A program made the position numbers and the translations under genes. This document shows, in pieces, positions 44,701-50,700 of a DNA stretch of 64,000 bases. Source of the stretch: an uncultured Clostridia bacterium. Its GTDB lineage: Bacteria > Bacillota > Clostridia > Christensenellales > CAG-917. The notes under the pieces were generated by a model. That model searched no databases and was not told the origin of the DNA. It was given only the letters and a program-made list of their open reading frames with translations. Position 1 is the first letter of the stretch. The number at the start of each line of letters is the position of its first letter. The DNA lies in assembly GCA_947625225.1 (NCBI GenBank), contig CANQNQ010000004.1, positions 64,443-128,442 on the forward strand. Reading direction: 5' to 3'.

Positions 44701-47700
44701 TTACAAACGTGTGCAGATTGTGCGCGTCGTCGTTGACGTAGATGGTGGTCGGGATGTACTCGGTCTGAGTAAGTCCGCCTTCGGCGCCTTCCACGGCCTT
44801 TTCCATGCCAAAGTACATGCCGTAGTTGCGCAGCGCCAGGTGGGTCTTGCCGTCCGCGCCGCCGCCGGCGACGTCTATGCCCAGATACAGATCGGAGGAG
44901 GCGGTGGTGTCCTTGCCCTTGGTGACAAATTGCACCTTGTTGTACACCGCGTTGTCCAACACAAAGTAGTCGCCGCTTTCTATGCCGGTGACAACATCGC
45001 CCTTGTATTCAACCGCCGTATAGTCTTCTTCTCCATCCTTCTGCCACAGCGTGGTGCTGTCCACGGGATAGAAGCTGTAGTTGCCGTTTGCGCCGATCGC
45101 GACATAATAGTCGCTCATATCGCCGTCGTCGATATATTCTTTGAATGTTTCTTCTTCGTAATACTTATATATTTCTTGTCTGAACAGATCTTCCTTCTTA
45201 AACTTATTGAACAGGTCGGGATCGGTCGTTTCAAGTTCCGCAAGGGGCTTGTACTCGTCCGCGCCTATCTCGAAGTCAACGGACAGCTCCATGTTTTCAA
45301 ACACATCCGCGATGTCGCCCAGGCCGTCCACAAAGCTGCCAAGCACGATAGCGATCAGAGCCTTGGTCAGCTGGATCTTGATGGCTTCGTCGGAGTACAC
45401 CAGCGCGATGAGGGCGTTGCGGGTCTCCACATCGATGGGATCCGTTATCTCGTCCGCCGCCGCGGAGGCTTCTTCGCCGAACACTCCGGACAGACCTTCC
45501 CTGTAAATGCGGCGGGCATATGCCTCGAAATCGTCCACGCGCGCATACTGCTCCGCTGAGGTCGCGATGCCCGTGCCGTCGATGTAAAGCGAACCTGCAT
45601 TGAGATAAATGCCCGCAAGCACGATGGGCTCGCCGTTGTCGTATCTGGCAAATCTGCCCTGCTCGTTGGTCTTGACCAACTGGATGGCAAGCTCCAGAGT
45701 GCTGAGGTCGGTGCCCTCGCTGTTGACAAAGTTCTTTATCTTGGTCAGGAAGTCCGCGTCGGACGCCTCAAACAGTTTGGCGAGGTCGACGTGCGCAAGG
45801 TCGATGTTGGCGGCTATCTTCAAGCCGATGCCGCTGTTGTACTGACCCGCGGTCTGCAGTTGTATCATCAGATCGCCCAGCAGGTTGGACAGCATGCCCA
45901 TGCTGCCAATGTCGTAGGTGGCGACGTCGGCGCTGTTGAAGTACAGCATACCGCTTGCCGTCAGCGACACGTACTGCTCGCCCTCGTTGTCGCCCTTGTC
46001 GGCGCCGTTTGCAAGCGCAAGTATGGTGTCGAGGTACTGCTCGAAGTCGATGTAGTTCATCTGCGCGTCGGGATCGAGCAGGCTGCCCGCGCCGGGATCC
46101 TCAAATCCTACGCCGACGTCAAGGCCGAGCGTCATCTCGGTGGCGTACGGGACGATCTTGTCCTCGGAAGGAGCGTTGAAGTTGGCAAACGCCAGCAGCA
46201 TCTTCAAAGTGAGCGCGCCGTTGGACGTGAAGCCCTCAAAGTGCTTGTTGTCGGCAAGCGTCACATACAGGCCGCTTGCGTAATCGCCGTCCTCCACAAG
46301 TTCGAGGTTCTCCGCGGGGATGTTGAGAGTCGCGCCAAACACGTTCTTGAAAGTCTCGCTGGTGAACATCTTGTAGAACATATTGCTGTTGAACAGCAGG
46401 TTGATGGCCTCTATCCTCCACAGCGCTTTGTTGGTAGTCCACGTCCTGGACTGCAGCGCGATGGACTTGACCAAGGTGTTGAGTATCATCTGCAACGTGT
46501 TGGTCACGCCCGAAGAGCCCTCGGGTGCGGCGGCAAGCGCTTCCTCCGCGCTGCCGGACGCGGAATTGATGAGGTCCATTATCCTCTGCAGGCTCATCTT
46601 CACCTGAGGCCCGCCTATGCCGGACAGATCCGCATAGATCACTCTGTCGATGAGGTAGAAGTCCACAAACGACCTGTCGCTCGGTTGCACAGCGGTTTCG
46701 TAGGTGAAGTCAAGGCTGACGCGCGCTTCGAGAGCGCCGAGTATGGTGTTGGTATCAAACGTCGGTATGGAGTCGAAGTCAAGCGTGCTGAGGTCGCCAA
46801 GACCCAGCTTATCGAGGTCGAGCTTGCCCGTGATGTGCAGCATCAGACCGTCGTAAATGGCATGTCCAAACAGCAGGTCAAGTCCAAGCTGGTCAAGCAA
46901 TTGCTTGAGCGGGAATGTGGACTTGTCCGCGCTGAGGATGCCGTCGTTGTTGTTGAAGTGGTAGCTGGGCAGCATAGTGCCCGCGATGCCGTCAAGCGGC
47001 AGCAGACCAAACACGAAGTCAAGCACCGCGTTGAGGTCGAAGGGAGTGCGCACGTACTGTCCGCCCTTGTCCTGCACGAAGCGGCCGTCGGAGACCCTGC
47101 GCATATACCTCTCGCTCTCGTCGTAGGCGCTCAACTCCTGCGCGTCCGCAATGTAACGGTAGGTCGCGCCGGTGGAGTACTCGATGAACAGCTTGAGGTC
47201 GATGGTGACTACTCTCACCTCGCTTCTGTCCACAAAGTGGTCGACGTATTCGTTTTCGTCCACGCGGGTGTATGTTGTTCCGTCGAAACTTTTCTTAAGA
47301 ATGTATTGCTCGGGAGCGCCGTCGCCCGCGGCAGTCTCTTTGACCAGATAGTACACGTCTCTGTCGCCCGCGTCGCCCGTCAGCACGTCCTTCTGAGAGA
47401 TCTTTTGGCTCACTTCGCTTTCAAGTTCATCATACAGAGGATCGCTGTTGCCGGTGATGACGTCGATGTTGTCGATGCCCAGCGACAGGTCGATGAGGTT
47501 GCTGCCAAGGTCCAGCCTTGCCATGACGCCCGTTTCGTCTATCTGCAACAGAGCGTTGAGGATAAGGTCGAGATCCAGCGTATTAAGCAGGTTGTCAAAG
47601 TTGAAGTTGACGGACGGGATCTGCGTGAGCACAGCCGCGATTATGCCGGCGATGACTGCCTGACCTATGGTCAGCTGCAGGCTGCCCTGTCCAAGCTCGA

Positions 47701-50700
47701 TTATAGCGGCAAGGTCCGTATCCGTGATATCCTCGGGATCTGCCGCCGCCATGGCTTCCGCTCCGCCCCCCGCGTCGGGACCGGGCATGGGCGTATCGCC
47801 GCCGATGGCGCTGTTGGCGGTGCCCAACAACTCCTTTACTTTGTCGCCGATCAGTTTGGAGAGACCGACGTTTTCAAGATATATCGCCTCATCGGACAGT
47901 ACGCCGAGATCGACATATATTGATGAACCAAATATATAAATAGCAATTATATTACCTAAATCACCTTCGGTAAGCTCTATCATCAACCTGGTGCGGCTGG
48001 GATCGTCCAGCGCAAGGTTGCCGCCCACCCTGAGGTCGAGCGCATAGAAGTTGTCCTGTGTGATGTCTATGCCAAGTTTGGTCGCAAATTCCACGCCGAA
48101 TGCGTCAAGCAGATTATGAAGTTTCAGCTCCTCGGACTGCGCCTTCAGCGTGAGGTCAAGCGAGAGCTGCGCGTTGAGCGAAATGCTGTCCAGCTTGTCA
48201 AGAGAAGTGTAGATGTCGCGGTTGAAGTCGAGGGGCAGTATCTGCGCCTCTTTGCCGACGCCAAGCGCTATCTTGCTGAGGGTCACGCCGATGGAGAGCG
48301 GCTGTATGCCAACGCTGAAGTTTATCCTGTAATCGCTTGCATTGGACTTCCACAGCAGTTGCAGATAGCTGTTTGTGGTGTCAAGCGCGGGCATCTGATC
48401 GGGAGTGAGGCTCTTGCCCGTGATCATATTGACCAACGCCGTCACAAGACCCGTGGCGAAGTTGATCTTGAGACCTTCCTCGCCAAGCGCTATGCGGCTG
48501 ATCAGCTGAGGCAGGAGCTTCAGCAGGGTGTCCACTGTGCTGCCGCCGCTTGCGCCGCTCTGCGGATCGTCTGCGGAGTATGCCTCCGCGCTGCCGCCCG
48601 CCGCGGGATCCGACGTGGAGTTGCCTCCGCCTATGCTCTTGATGAGGTCGCCGAGGTTGAAGTTGCTTATCGCAAGATGGAAGCCGTCGGACAGGTCGAT
48701 ATACATCGTGCTGGAAGGCACGTCGTTTACCTCGCCGTTGTACACAAGCCTCACCATCAACAAAGCGTGCTCGCGCCTTGCCGCGTCGTCTTCAAGACCC
48801 ATTATGGTCTCGATGTCCTCGTTGTACAGCTCTATGGCGATGCCGGAGTGGGACAGTATGTAGTCAATGTCGAACAGGTCGCCTATGGCGTAGATCTGCT
48901 CGCCCTCCTTGACGCTTGCAGCGTTGACTTTGACGTACATATCGCCGTCAAGCACATATACGTCGCCGTCCGTCTTGTCGACGGGCACGAAGCTTCTGCC
49001 GTCGGGCAGGTACTTCTTGACGTACAGTTTTGCGGTCGTATCGGGTTGAGTGGTGCCGTCCGTGTTGCTTATGACGGGACGTTGTACAACGCCGCCCGCG
49101 TCACGCTGCGCCGCCTCATAAAGCTGCGCGCCGTCGCTGAGCCAATACAGCTCCGCATAACGCGCCGAGACTGCCGCGAGGTCGGAGTCGTCCACGGGGA
49201 CAAACCTTGCGTTGTCGCGGATATCCACGGTGACGTTGGGGTTGAAGCGCGCGTTGAGCGCAATGCGGAAGCCGATGGCCTGCTCCACGGAGCTGGGCAC
49301 CGTGTATTGCATCACCAATCTCTGGATGAAGTTCTTTATTTCAACGTCTTTGACGTCTACGAGCGCGTTGATCCAATCGCCTATCTGCCAATCGGGATAC
49401 ACGCCGTTTTCGGCGCCAAAGGATATCGTGCCCTGCAACTCTGCCGATACAGTGGGCATGATGAGGTCGCCCGACGCATTGAACAGGTTGAGGTCGGTGT
49501 AAGATTCGACAAGCGAATTCTCATCGAAGTAGTCGTGGATCTTGTGTGGCTTGCCGCTTCTCGTGACGAAGCAGTCGGTCAGTGCGCCAACAGTGATTTT
49601 GGTGTTGCCAATGCTCAGCTTCAGCGAGCCTGTGGACTCGCCGTAGCTGTTTTTGACTGCGCCTTCAAGCACAATGCCGTCCTCTGTGCCCTTCTTGAGC
49701 GCGTCGAATGCGACGTCAAGGTACAGCTCGAAGTCCTGCATGGATATGCCGACCAGCTTGTACAGCGCGTCGACAATGCCTTCCATCAGCTCTATGCGCA
49801 GATGCTCGGAGGACAGCGTAACAAGCACGTTGATAAGCACGTCTATCGCCGCGGCGTCATCGCCGGGAGCCGCCGCCATCGCTTCTACGCCCTCAGCGGC
49901 CTGTCCGTTGAGGTTGACGACGGTGTCCTTTGCGACAAGACCCATGATGAGGCCCATCAGGTCGATGTCGGTCGCAAATTGATTGAAGCCGAAGTTGCTA
50001 AGGTCCGCATACAACATGCCGTCCACGTAGTACAGACCTATAAGCAGGCTCTTTTCGCCCCACTTGTTGCCGATAAGCTCGATGACAAATGCGGATTGAT
50101 TGTATGTGGTAAGGATATCCGTCTTGCCGACAAGATATTGGACGACGGGCGCAAGGTCAAGTCTGCCCGAAATGCGCAACTCATATCCAAAGTCTATGGC
50201 GTCGTCAAACACTATATCCAGATCCTGGAGATCGACGCCGCCCTGATCCGCCTTGAACTCTATGCCCAGATTGAGGTCGAGCGAGACGAGAGGATTGTTG
50301 TAAATGTCAACGTATGTATCCGCGTCTTCGGGCAGGTAGTTGCTCACGGTGTCGTGCAGACCCGCGTCAATGCCCTCTATTGCAAGGTTGAGGTCCATCA
50401 GATCGCCAAGCTTCACGCCGAAGCCCACTTGCACGCCGGGCAGGTTCAGACCCTTGGAGAAGTCAAGCCACAGCTGAGCGGAGGATTCGCCGCTTGTGAT
50501 CATGGGGTTGAGCTGTATGCCGCCAAGGTTGCCGACCAGCTCCTGCAATGCGCCGAATGTGAGCGCAAGTTTGATGACGTTCTGTCCAAACGAAACTTCG
50601 CTCAACATGCCCGCGACGATGCTGAGGATGCTGTCAATGGACATGCCGCCGCTCTCTTCGGGAGCAGCCGCATATGCCTCCTCTGCGCTGTCTTCGCCGC